Source: Azolla caroliniana
Lineage: Eukaryota; Plantae; Polypodiophyta
Length of the DNA: 64,000 bases
Assembly: GCA_043228905.1 (NCBI GenBank)
Contig: JBHGNT010000001.1
Span: 23,436,001-23,500,000 of the forward strand
Direction of reading: 5' to 3'
Part shown: piece by piece, positions 44,251-55,214 of the stretch
Layout of the letters: each line of letters begins with the position of its first letter
Numbering within the stretch: the stretch's first letter is position 1
The notes under the pieces: generated by a model
The model's input: the letters and a program-made list of their open reading frames with translations, nothing else
Database searches by the model: none
What the model was told of the DNA's origin: nothing
Made by a program: the position numbers and the translations under genes

Positions 44251-45333
44251 TGTACTGAATTAGGCAACGATGTGAAATGCCATGAAATAGTGGAAACAAC
44301 ATGTAAAACTGAGGTTCACAACAACAGTGTTTATGAACACTTGATGCAACATTTCTTCGAGTCTCAAGACCTTGATTCCACCCCACCGAGCCCAACTACT
44401 GAAAATGTCCAAACAGATCCCTCTGTACTTGAAAAGCTAGTTCAAGAAACGGCTGATGTGCAATTAGCTGCTGAGGCGATGGGAAGGTTGTCGGAGGAGG
44501 ACACACTTGCGCATTGGGTCCTAGAAGCAAGGCTAAATGGGGAACCAACCAGAAAAAGGCTGAAGAAGGGGCCACGATCGGGAACAAGACCAGTTACTCG
44601 GTCAAGGGGCCCAGACGTAGTGGAGCGAAATACTGTTTAGTTGGATATGATTGTTAGCTTAGGGATTTTGCTAGGGTTTTATGAAGTTTTACTATCCTGT
44701 TGGACAAGTAAAACCTCAGATTGGTTGTTGCTTGATCCACATTATGTAATGGAACTCTATGATGTTTTTCCAAGATAATTTGAAGAGTGTTGTTCAACAT
44801 CCATAAATTCACAAATCCAAAAATATAGACAATATTTTAATAAATTCACAACTCTAAAAATGTAGATAATATTCATAAATAGTCAAACCTAGACATGAAC
44901 ATTAATATTTAATTGGAACATATCACATAGTTATCAAGGTATCCACACTGCTCTCCTCTTCTTCCTTTTGAGAACGCTCCTCCAAAATGTGTGCAATAGT
45001 ATCTACTCCATAGAGGCTAGCAATGATAGGGTCCTCTAATAGCTCGTCATCAAAATCAATAAGCTCCCTAGGTTCACTAGTTAATGGAGGAATATGTTGA
45101 AAATGTTAAGGCTCTAATCCTCATGTTAATGAAACTCACTTGCGCATCATCCTTTTCTAGTTCGACAATATTCCTGTATAGCTTTAATGTAGATGCAAAT
45201 GTAGTACCTATTAACAATTTTAAATGAAGATTGTTTTAGCTAAACATAAACTATATTGATTTTTTAAGGCATAGCAAACGAAGTTATAATAATTTACTCG
45301 AGTTGGAGAACAAATATAGTATCCAATCTCCTT

Positions 45334-45809
45334 TGTTGGAGAACATTTCTATAAAGAATCGGGTATGATTCTTGTGTAGCGGAAGAGATGTGTGTTATGT
45401 GTATGTGTGAGAGGAATTAGAGGAGAGATGAGAGAATACCAGATAGATAGACAAGAGAAATAAAATATTGAAGAAGGTGTATATTTCACAAGTAGAATAA
45501 GAATTACAAAATGTAGCATAATAAGGAGTCACCACCGACTTAGTATGAAGTATGAGGAGGGTGCTTTATATAGAGTCACCCTCTCTCTTCATTAACTTTA
45601 CAACAACCACTCTCTCTCTCTCTTGGGGAATGTAAAGAATCATAGTCATGGGGAATATGTAACTCATTAGTTATGTGTCATAGAATATAAATTCTATGAC
45701 ACATAGTTAATGTGTAGAGAGTAGTGGTATGACTCTTGACCTTTGAGTAATCATAGATTCTCAAAAGGTGTGTTCACACGTTGTGCTATGTTGAGCTTGA
45801 TTCTCAACA
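45334..45809. repeat. Possible old solo LTR
   Basis: TGTTG...CAACA ends, TATA-like and GA-rich segments; no TSD found. Confidence 0.35.
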
Positions 45810-46929
45810 ATTTCAAATGACAAATATCAATATTAGCTAGAATTTATTGATGAGTAAATCAAAATTCTCCATGTAAGAAAAATATTCCTTACCAAGCAAG
45901 GTTTTGTATCCCACGACAATGAGATCTCAAGGCCTATGCTACAGAGTATCCTCGGTCCATGCTATGGAATACGATAATTCTCCATAGGGATGCATTCGTC
46001 AACTGTGCGAAATCTTTCACCATCTTCTCAAGTTGTTTGAACCTAAATGATTCATCATCGTATGTTGATCCAACCATACTCTATGTCAACAATCAATAAT
46101 ATGTATTACTTTGTTGGCGATATGTGTATTATCTCAACCACATCACCACAATAGACATTATTGTATAAATCTAGGGTGAAATCCTTTTTGTGGCTAAATT
46201 TCTTAAAAGTGTCATTAGCTTCTACACCATATGCCTTCACTAAACGTTGGTCCTTTTCTTTCGAGCTCTTTCAAGATGTGCAAGACATGATGTATGAAAA
46301 TCATGAATATCTTTAACTTCTCTCGGTTCTGTACTATCACTGTCTCAGTATAACATTGTTGAACAATATTTCTTTGCTCTCTAACTATACGTGGCTTCGT
46401 CATGTTGAGTAGATTCTAAAGGCGAGCCTTGATATTTCAAACGTATTTTCTTGATTGTACGCTCATCCTCATTTTTAGTTGACCTTGTAGGGGCAATACG
46501 GAAAAATAGAGAGAAACTATAGAAAAGGGCTCTAAATGCCGAAAATCAACTGGTAGATACGAAATATGCCAAAAATTAATCAGTTTTTGTTAAATAACAT
46601 GCGAAACAAACGCTAAATAACGTCGTAAAAACATCAAGAGAAAGTGAATTTTTTATGGAATATCTTGGAAAAAAATATAAATTCATTACAAAAATAGAGA
46701 TTATTTGTGAAAATATATAATTTATTCAACAACTATATGCTTGTCGTCTAGTTGTTTTGGACCATATTGTTATTCTTTAAAAAGTACCACATGCACATGG
46801 CGAGAGAGATGTGTGTTACAAAAACTCAACACAAAGTATCTTGCTTTTGTTTAAAATAGTATAAAATGTTGTTATCCTTGTGCAACTAGATACAAAGTAT
46901 TTAGTTGCCTCAAAAAAAATACTTTGAAC

Positions 46930-47360
46930 ATAAATTGGTTACATCGTATCGAATTGTGATGAAAAAACTGGTATTTTTAACATTAGCTCGATGAGATCGT
47001 GTTTAAAGTTTTAAAAAAACGTTAAACATGAACTCGATACATTGTACTGAATTGTGATGAAAACTTTGTATTTAATATCAACTCGATACAATGTATTGAA
47101 CTCCAACTTGATACATTGTATCAAGTTGTGATGAAAATAGGGAGTTTTCAACATCAATTCGATACAATGTATCGAGTTCATGTTTAAAGTGTAATTGTTT
47201 TAAAACTTTAAACATGACCTCGATACATTGTATCGAAATGATGTTGAAAACTCCCTATTTTCATCACAACTCGATACAATGTATCGAGTTCATATGCTTT
47301 GAGTTTTGTTTTTGAGAACTGTGCACATGAACTCGATACATTGTATCGAGTTGTGATGAA
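46930..47360. repeat. Array of CTCGATACA(A/T)TGTATCGAG palindromes including an 86-bp-arm inverted repeat
   Basis: At least 7 copies; arms 47105-47190 and 47205-47290. Confidence 0.9.
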
Positions 47361-48047
47361 AGTAAGGTATTCATCTATAAAGTTTTTTTTTTTCAGGAAA
47401 AAAATTTATATATGCATTTGTTACATTTTATGGATTGTATTGAAATCGCAATTTTTAAAATAATTGTATCGATGGTAATTGAGCCTTGGAAATGTCGTTT
47501 ACATGGTCTATACAATATTTGTGTGGTTCTCAATCGCCACTTCAAGCATCTAATGATGATCTTGATAATTTGTCCATACACAATAGAGAAACATATATGT
47601 GGGACCATGTTACCGATTAGGAACACGGTTTGCGGTCAGTCCTTTGACCTAGACCTCCAAGTGATTGTGGAACAACGAATGGGGCGTCTATGCGTAATGT
47701 GTAGGGGAATGTACCCCGTAACCTATCAGCGTATAAGGGAGACAGCTACAACCAACTCCTTAGCAATGGTTACACTCACGTTCTTACACGCTCAGGTATT
47801 CCAGACACACAGTAGAGTAGCCGTAGCTATACACAGACTTTCAGAGAAGATAGAATTCTATTACGATACGCTTCTTTACATTCCCAAAATACACGCTCCC
47901 TCTATCAGAGGTTTTCTGCCCTTTATATACCTAGGGTCTATTTAGCCGTTCACGCTTCCTGCGTGAACCGTTACATGCGGTATGATCTTATATTATTTCT
48001 TATTCCTACGCTCTTGTCTGTTGGTTACTATTCCGACGGACAACACC

Positions 48048-48087
48048 TGGCACGCCTGTGGGACAGTGCCCTGGCACGTCGGACCCA
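48048..48087 (+). promoter_or_regulatory. Inverted bipartite tRNA-Arg PBS at the PPT position of G
   Basis: TGGCACGCCTGTGGGAC-agtgccctggcacg-TCGGACCCA, 2 nt from the LTR. Confidence 0.78.
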
Positions 48088-48809
48088 TCCCGTTAATCTT
48101 CTTCCAAAATGGCCCGGATGTTTTGCTTTGCTACGGTGTCCGCGTTGTCGAGCCCTTCGGCTCCGGATCGTTGCGTGAGTCGGGTGGGAGCCGCCGAGGT
48201 TTTGGACTAGGAGGAAGAGGAATACAACTTAAGGCTAGTTATGAATAATAGGAAGAGAAGTAAGATAGTGATCTCGTGAATCCCACGAGTTTAGTGTATT
48301 TTAAAACAATATTTAGATTATAAGAGTAATTTAGATGGCAAAATTCGTGAATCCCACGAATATATTAGATTGATCAAAAACTTGTATATTAATCAACAAC
48401 CATATACATATTTTTCTCCTCCTTATATAAAGATGGAAGAGGCTAAGCATGGCTTCATGCTTTTTCACCTAAAGTGCCCATGCACACTAAATGTGCATGT
48501 GATGTTTTGTCATTTCCTAAATATAGGGCTCGTGCACGCTAGATGTGCATGAGTCACTTTTAATGTCACGTGTAAATAAAATATTCACACTCTAAAGAAT
48601 ACATGATTTTTACCTTTTAATAAAGGTATGTGTAAATAAAGGTCTTATACGTATTAAATCTATATTTATAACATTAAAGATAAGTTATTACAATGGTAAA
48701 GTTGAGGTTTATCTATGTGGAGGTGCATGGTTCGAATCCTGCCCTATGCACGTGATAAATTCTTTTGATATATTATTTATTTATTTATATGTATCTAAAT
48801 TCAGATATA

Positions 48810-51800
48810 TTATTTTATGGTTTTCACGTAGTGTGTGGAATACACTACGACACTCGCCCCCTCTGAACCCGCACATCCTCCGGTATGTGCCAAAGTTCTC
48901 GATTCCCCATATCCGTCTTCACCCAAAGCTTCCTCCGATTCTCCCCTTATGTCGACTATGAGTTGTAATTCACGTTCTTCGCTTCCCGCATCCCCGTGGT
49001 CTTCGTCTGATTGCTCCTCGTAGTCGGCCTTGGCTTGGATCACATAGGGTTTGTCGTCGGTCCACTTCTTGAAAATCTTCACCCGCTTCCCGGCTATAGG
49101 CACTCGTAGTATTGTTCCATCCAACTCGGACAGTCGGTACGTTCCGTTGTCGAAGACTTTCCGAACCTCGTATGGCCCGAACCACCTTTTCGCGAATTTC
49201 CACATCGTTGTATGTTGATGGTCCAAACTACTGCCATAGACGATCACCCAGTCTCCTTCTTCAATCCTCCTCGGTCGTAGTCGGTGCTTTGTGTCGAACC
49301 GGCATTTGTTCCTTAATCGTGCTTCTTGTTGTCGGCGTATTGCTTCCGCTATGTCTGCCGGTCTTCCCTCTAGTTGTCGTATCCGGATCGCTAGTAGTTC
49401 TTCCCGGCTCATCTCTTCCTTCCACGGTAGCACTGTCCATGTCGCGATCGCGGTTTCCGTCGGCATTACCGGTGCTTGTCCGGTCATGAGTTCTGCCGGC
49501 ATGTAACCGGTTATGGAGCTATGCGTCGTCCGATCCGCCCATAGTGCATACGGAAGCATCTGCGGCCAGTCCTTCACCTTTCCATCGCATGCCTTCGCAA
49601 GTGCTTTTACGATCGGACTATGTCCTCGTTCGATTTTCCCGTTGGCCTCCGGATTGTATGCCGTTGTCAGCGATAACCGAACTCCGTGTTTGGCGAAGAA
49701 TCCCCTAGCTTTGTCCGAGTCGAGTTCTCCCCGGTCTGCAATCACTTGTCCTACGCACCCGTACCTGCAAAATACTTCCTCCAAAAGAAATTGGCATACC
49801 GCGGAACACGTTTTCCTCTGAAGCGCTCGACCTTCTACTTGATTCGTGAGATCTTCCCGAGCTAATACCAAGTATTTCTTTTGTCCGATCCCGGTCGGCA
49901 TGGCCACTATGTCGACCATCCACTTGAAGTTGATTGTCGGTGAGAATGTCGGATGTAACTCATCTCGATGTCGAACCCCGGAGTAGACTTGACATTTCTC
50001 GCAGCTTTCGGTAAACTCCGCGATATCTTTGTACATTTTCTTCCACCAATATTTTTGCTTGATCTTCACAAATGTTGCCCATGTTCCTCGGTGTCCAGCC
50101 CAATCGGATTCGTGAAACTCGGACATTATCCGGTTTCGTGAAACTCGAAGTGGTATACCATCCGGTCTTTTCGGCGCCCTCCATATTAATCCGTTTTCCA
50201 AGAAGAACTTTTGGACTTGCCTCTTCTTCCTTCGGATCTCGGCTCTTCTTCCTTTATCGTTTGTCGAGTCCTCGGCCTCTTGTAACATCTTTCCGATCAT
50301 CAAACTTTCTCCTTCATATTCTTCTTCCCGAAATTCTCGGATTACGTTCACTCGGCATATGTGCTCCGACGCGAAGTAGTCTTCGGAAACTTCTTCATTA
50401 TCCAATTCGATTATGTCGTCTCCGAACCGAGCCCTTGATAACATATCCGCTACCGCATTTTCCTTCCCCGAGATGTGTCGAACCTCCGGATTAAGCGACT
50501 TGACATATGCAACCCACCTTAGCATAGCTACATCTGGTATCGTACAACACCGCATCATCCCGAGTATCGGAAGACAATCCGTCTCGATCACCACTTCGGC
50601 TCCGATCAAATAATCCCGATCCGATTTTATCGCCGACACGACTCCCCACAGTTCTCTTTTGACTTGTGCATATCCACGTTGCCTTTCGTTGAGAACCTTT
50701 GCTCCGAATCGGATCGGATACCGCGAACCATCCGAGTCGGCTTGATTGATGATCCACCCGATACCGGTTGGACTTGTATCAACTGTTACTATGATCGGTC
50801 GGTCGTAGCTCGGCTTCTTAAGTGCTTCCGCCCTCCGAAGTGTCTTCTTCAATTTCTTCATGGCTTTGGTGTGTTCCGGTTTCCATTCGAATTTCTTACC
50901 TTTCCGCAACAAGTGGTAGAGCGGGTCCGCTATATGTGCATAGTGCGGAATCCATATGTGATAGAATGCACATGCACCGAGAAACCTTCGGACTTCGGAT
51001 GTTGACTCGCATACTTCCTCCATAGCTTGAATCGCATCGATCTTTGTTGGTGACGGTCTTCGGCCGTAGGGCCCACATAGATGTCCGACCACCAATATTT
51101 CTTCTTGCCCGAATGCCGATTTCTCCCCGGAAAGTGTTAGGTGCACATCTTCTAGCTTTCGCAACACTTTCTCGCAAGCATGAATATGGTCGACCACGAA
51201 CTTTCGGCATCCCCGATCATCCATAGTCTCATCTTTTTCTTCGACCGCGCATCCTTTCATCGGAATGTCATCGAGGAACGGCATCGTTATCTCCGGAATG
51301 CAGTCTCGAAGCACCTTGTTCATCGTGTTCATCATATGAGCAACCGAGTTTGTCGCTCCTTGTGGTAGTGTGCACATTCGGACTAATCCTATCGGTGTTC
51401 GCATGGTTGTGATGTCTCGGCTCTCCACGGCTAGTTGGAATTGGTCATACCCCGAGTATAGGTCTCCGATGGAGTATATCGCACAACCGGCAAAAGCTTC
51501 CGCAAATTTGTCCACTATCGGACCGACTCCCGAGTTCCGGATCGTGACCTTATTCACCGGTTGCAAGTCTTGGATAAATCGGAGTGACCCATTCTTCTTC
51601 GGAACCGTAAACCATCGATTTGAGTACGGAGCAGTTGATGGCTCTAGAATCCCCATCGCCACCTTCTCCTTGAGCAAGTCAATGACTTTCGGAATATGCG
51701 CTCGTGGCACCGGAATCGGCTTCAGATTCCACGGTACATGGTCAATCGTAAAGATCACCATCGGCTCCACTATTCTTGGATCGACGCACCCTATCTCCCT

Positions 51801-52292
51801 TGATGTAAATGCAAACGCTTTGCCGTGTTGCTCCAACATCTCGCGAAACCGTTCTTCTTCTTTCTGTAATAGGAACCCACCTCCACCGATCCGAAGTTTC
51901 TTCCGGGTCTCATCCGTGAAGGCATGTCCGATATCCACGGACTTCCGAAGTGTCAGATCTCCTGAGACTTCTTTCCTCTTTTGTTCGCTATCGGCGGGTA
52001 GTGGTCCCGCGGCCGGTTTCACCTTCTTCTCCACGGTCTTGTATTTCGTACTTACCATTGCTTCTTCTTTACGGAGCGTATCCGGCTCCATTTTCGCAAT
52101 GATCTCGTACATCTCGACCGATTCCACCGGGACTACCCGGTTCCCTTGGCTTTTATCTTCCGCAAGCTCTTCAAGTCGTTGTAGCGTGCTCCCATAGAAC
52201 ACTTCCTCGACTATCCCCACGATTTTTTCATCTTCTTTTATTATTGATGCCGACCGCAACTTATCCTCCACTTGTCGGTATCCTTTCTTCAA
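48810..52292 (-). CDS. pol: F pol (RT-RH-INT)
   Basis: 1160 aa; homologous to E pol; -1 frame relative to gag. Confidence 0.95.
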   Translation of the reverse strand: MKKGYRQVEDKLRSASIIKEDEKIVGIVEEVFYGSTLQRLEELAEDKSQGNRVVPVESVEMYEIIAKMEPDTLRKEEAMVSTKYKTVEKKVKPAAGPLPADSEQKRKEVSGDLTLRKSVDIGHAFTDETRKKLRIGGGGFLLQKEEERFREMLEQHGKAFAFTSREIGCVDPRIVEPMVIFTIDHVPWNLKPIPVPRAHIPKVIDLLKEKVAMGILEPSTAPYSNRWFTVPKKNGSLRFIQDLQPVNKVTIRNSGVGPIVDKFAEAFAGCAIYSIGDLYSGYDQFQLAVESRDITTMRTPIGLVRMCTLPQGATNSVAHMMNTMNKVLRDCIPEITMPFLDDIPMKGCAVEEKDETMDDRGCRKFVVDHIHACEKVLRKLEDVHLTLSGEKSAFGQEEILVVGHLCGPYGRRPSPTKIDAIQAMEEVCESTSEVRRFLGACAFYHIWIPHYAHIADPLYHLLRKGKKFEWKPEHTKAMKKLKKTLRRAEALKKPSYDRPIIVTVDTSPTGIGWIINQADSDGSRYPIRFGAKVLNERQRGYAQVKRELWGVVSAIKSDRDYLIGAEVVIETDCLPILGMMRCCTIPDVAMLRWVAYVKSLNPEVRHISGKENAVADMLSRARFGDDIIELDNEEVSEDYFASEHICRVNVIREFREEEYEGESLMIGKMLQEAEDSTNDKGRRAEIRRKKRQVQKFFLENGLIWRAPKRPDGIPLRVSRNRIMSEFHESDWAGHRGTWATFVKIKQKYWWKKMYKDIAEFTESCEKCQVYSGVRHRDELHPTFSPTINFKWMVDIVAMPTGIGQKKYLVLAREDLTNQVEGRALQRKTCSAVCQFLLEEVFCRYGCVGQVIADRGELDSDKARGFFAKHGVRLSLTTAYNPEANGKIERGHSPIVKALAKACDGKVKDWPQMLPYALWADRTTHSSITGYMPAELMTGQAPVMPTETAIATWTVLPWKEEMSREELLAIRIRQLEGRPADIAEAIRRQQEARLRNKCRFDTKHRLRPRRIEEGDWVIVYGSSLDHQHTTMWKFAKRWFGPYEVRKVFDNGTYRLSELDGTILRVPIAGKRVKIFKKWTDDKPYVIQAKADYEEQSDEDHGDAGSEERELQLIVDIRGESEEALGEDGYGESRTLAHTGGCAGSEGASVVVYSTHYVKTIK

Positions 52293-52426
52293 TCCTCCGG
52301 TTACGGTCGTGTACGTAGATGCCCCATCCGGACCGATTCATACATGTTTTGCTCCGAGAGTTTTCTTCCTGTGTGGGGTATCAGGGCTTCTCGGACTATC
52401 ACTTCCCCACTCCGCAACAGTCCACT

Positions 52427-54490
52427 TTAAAAATCCATTCTCACTTGGGACAAGAGTTCCCTCTTGTTCCTTTCGTGATTTGCCGGCACCGTTAGGAATT
52501 GGACGGATTTCCCACCGTTTTGGCTCCGAATTCGTGCAAAAGCCGCACCGCTATCGAGCACCTTTGTCTCCATCCGTGATGCCGTGATAAAGGGTTGGCC
52601 GAGGATGACGGAATGTGAAACCTCATCTTGCACGAAGAAATTTTGGTCGATCTCGACATCCCCGATCTTCATCGTCACATCCGGACAAGCCGCAAATAGA
52701 TCTTCCGTTGCTTTGGTGGCCGCCCGAATCTTCCATCCATGGTTGGTATTAATAGGCCACTTCCCCTTCCGGTAGAACTCCTTGGACATCAAGTTGATCT
52801 CCGATCCGTGATCAATCAATGCTAGCACGGGTTCTTTGATGTTGCCGATTCGGACCGGAGTCTCCGTAGTCGCGCGTGCCCAATGTGGCCTTGTATAGTG
52901 GGAGTTCGGAATTTCGTCCTCCGCTTCGGTGTCGTTCATTAAAACGGTGTTCGCATTCACCCTTGGAGCATTTTCCTCCGTACTTTGTCTTTTTCGCTTC
53001 ACGAGATCCACGAGAAGATCGTGGAACTCCTTCTTTGCTATTCCAAGTAGCTCCCGAAGCGAGAAATCTACCCGGCTATCCAAGATTCTTTCCTCGAACA
53101 CTCTTTTCAAGTCGGTTTGTTGTTCTATGTCCGAGGCGAGCTTGAATGCCGGAGTCGCCTTTTCTTTTCCCTTACCTCCGGAGTTCCAACTTTCCGGTAT
53201 CTTCGATGGCCCGGCCGCATCCTCCGTGCGTCGTCGTTTCTCGTCCACATACACCTTATGCAATTGACACAGGGCGTATACGCTATTCTTGTCGACAGGG
53301 CACTCCCATCCCGTAGCTTCCCGGACGCCTTCCGCGGTGCTTCGGATCTCGTTGGAGTCGGTTTTCTCGGTGTTTTCTAGAACTTCCGGCCAAAAAGACG
53401 TCTTTGCTCTCGATGACTCCCCGACACATATTCCCGCGGTTGTCGCATAGTTGCTTCTTGCCGCCAATTCCTCCTCGAACACCTTCTTCATGCCGCCTTT
53501 CCGGAAGTTCGGTCGGAGTGGCTTCCGAGAGTCCATCGAATGAATCCGGTTTCCCTCGTAGTAGATGAGATCCCGTCGTAGCGCCTCCTTATGCTCGTCG
53601 CAATCCCTCCGATCGTGTTCGGCGCTATCGCACCATATGCACCGTCGGTCCGTATACTTGGAGCTTGTGGGGCGGTCATCCGACTTCTTCACCATCGCGA
53701 TCTTCAGATTCTCCATCTCCTTCAATAGTTGCTCCACCGTAGATGCATCAATCCCCTTCTCGGTTGTAGTCTCTCGAGCCCTCAGTTGATGGTCTTCCAA
53801 TCCGGTTCTCGGTTTCGGAATCGGTTCCAAAACCCTCTTTTCCTCGTCGGCAAGCCATTGCCCCCTCTTCGTGTATCGCGCGACGATATCCCGCACGCTT
53901 TCCCATGTTTCGGTGAGGCCGCTCTCCGTGGTCGTGTCCTCCAAGAGCACTCCGAGATCTTTCCGGTCCCGGACGTCCACGGCTCGCAAGAACATGATCA
54001 CCTTGTCCGGTACGAGGATAGCTTGATCTCTCGCGGACAACCTCCCGAACCGGCTTTCGAATGCCGAAAACACATCAACGACCTTCAATCCCTTGTCCGG
54101 CGTCTCCACCCAATCTTCGAATCCCCTTCGCGTCGCCTTGGAGGAATCCTCGATGGCGAACGTCCTCTTTAGCTCTACTTCAAACGCCTCCCATGTCGGA
54201 TTTTGTTGTCGTAGCCCATGGATGCTTGCTTGAAGCCCGTCGGTCGCCACCCGGTTGAAGGACGTCACTTGCAGTCCTTCCCATATTCCGCACCGTAGCA
54301 TCTCCGCCTTGTAGTCCCGAAGATACCGCGACACGTCTTTCCCGTTGAATTGCCCGTTTCGTTGCACGAGCCGCTCCACTGATGCCGCTATCTCCGACAT
54401 CGCACGTTGTTCTTGTAGCATGCGCTCGAACATCATCATCATGTTGCTAGCCTCCGGTTGATTTTCCATCTCCTTGCCACCCGTTTTCAC
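52427..54490 (-). CDS. gag: F gag-protease
   Basis: 687 aa; CIWCDSAEHDRRDC knuckle; LIDHGSEIN. Confidence 0.95.
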   Translation of the reverse strand: MKTGGKEMENQPEASNMMMMFERMLQEQRAMSEIAASVERLVQRNGQFNGKDVSRYLRDYKAEMLRCGIWEGLQVTSFNRVATDGLQASIHGLRQQNPTWEAFEVELKRTFAIEDSSKATRRGFEDWVETPDKGLKVVDVFSAFESRFGRLSARDQAILVPDKVIMFLRAVDVRDRKDLGVLLEDTTTESGLTETWESVRDIVARYTKRGQWLADEEKRVLEPIPKPRTGLEDHQLRARETTTEKGIDASTVEQLLKEMENLKIAMVKKSDDRPTSSKYTDRRCIWCDSAEHDRRDCDEHKEALRRDLIYYEGNRIHSMDSRKPLRPNFRKGGMKKVFEEELAARSNYATTAGICVGESSRAKTSFWPEVLENTEKTDSNEIRSTAEGVREATGWECPVDKNSVYALCQLHKVYVDEKRRRTEDAAGPSKIPESWNSGGKGKEKATPAFKLASDIEQQTDLKRVFEERILDSRVDFSLRELLGIAKKEFHDLLVDLVKRKRQSTEENAPRVNANTVLMNDTEAEDEIPNSHYTRPHWARATTETPVRIGNIKEPVLALIDHGSEINLMSKEFYRKGKWPINTNHGWKIRAATKATEDLFAACPDVTMKIGDVEIDQNFFVQDEVSHSVILGQPFITASRMETKVLDSGAAFARIRSQNGGKSVQFLTVPANHERNKRELLSQVRMDF

Positions 54491-55214
54491 GTCGGGTTCA
54501 CCAACTGTGTCGAGCCCTTCGGCTCCGGATCGTTGCGTGAGTCGGGTGGGAACCGCCGAGGTTTTGGACTAGGAGGAAGAGGAATACAACTTAAGGCTAG
54601 TTATGAATAATAGGAAGAGAAGTAAGATAGTAATCTCGTGAATCCCACGAGTTTAGTGTATTTTAAAACAATATTTAGATTATAAGAATAATTTAGATGG
54701 CAAAATTCGTGAATCCCACGAATATATTAGTTTGATCAAAAACTTGTATATTAATCAACAACCATATACATATTTTTCTCCTCCTTATATAAAGATGGAA
54801 GAGGCTAAGCATGGCTTCATGCTTTTTCACCTAAAGTGCCCATGCACACTAAATGTGCATGTGATGTTTTGTCATTTCCTAAATATAGGGCTCGTGCACG
54901 CTAGATGTGCATGAGTCACTTTTAATGTCACGTGTAAATAAAATATTCACACTCTAAAGAATACATGATTTTTACCTTTTAATAAAGTTATGTGTAAATA
55001 AAGGTCTTATACGTATTAAATCTATATTTATAACACTAAAGATAAGTTATTACAATGGTAAAGTTGGGTTTTATCTACGTGGAGGTGCATGGTTCAAATC
55101 TTGCCCTATGCACGTGATAAATTCTTTTGATATATTATTTATTTATTTATATGTATCTAAATTCAGATATATTATTTTATGGTTTTCACGTAGTGTGTGG
55201 AATACACTACGACA

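Larger units (their letters stand above)
48146..55214 (-). mobile_element. Element F: full-length Trp-PBS gypsy
   Basis: LTRs 48146-48852 and 54508-55214, TSD GCGT, PBS 54486-54503, PPT 48853-48864. Confidence 0.97.

Noticed and set aside
43945-44640. ORFs spanning the N gap as a host gene
   Set aside because: They bridge unrelated sequence through Ns; the post-gap part has no motif I recognise.
47608-48064. A separate plus-strand Tat-like element starting with LTR plus tRNA-Arg PBS
   Set aside because: Downstream sequence, once F is removed, is the minus-strand ORF3 and integrase of G. The LTR TATA points to minus, and B and D show the same inverted motif at their 3' LTRs.
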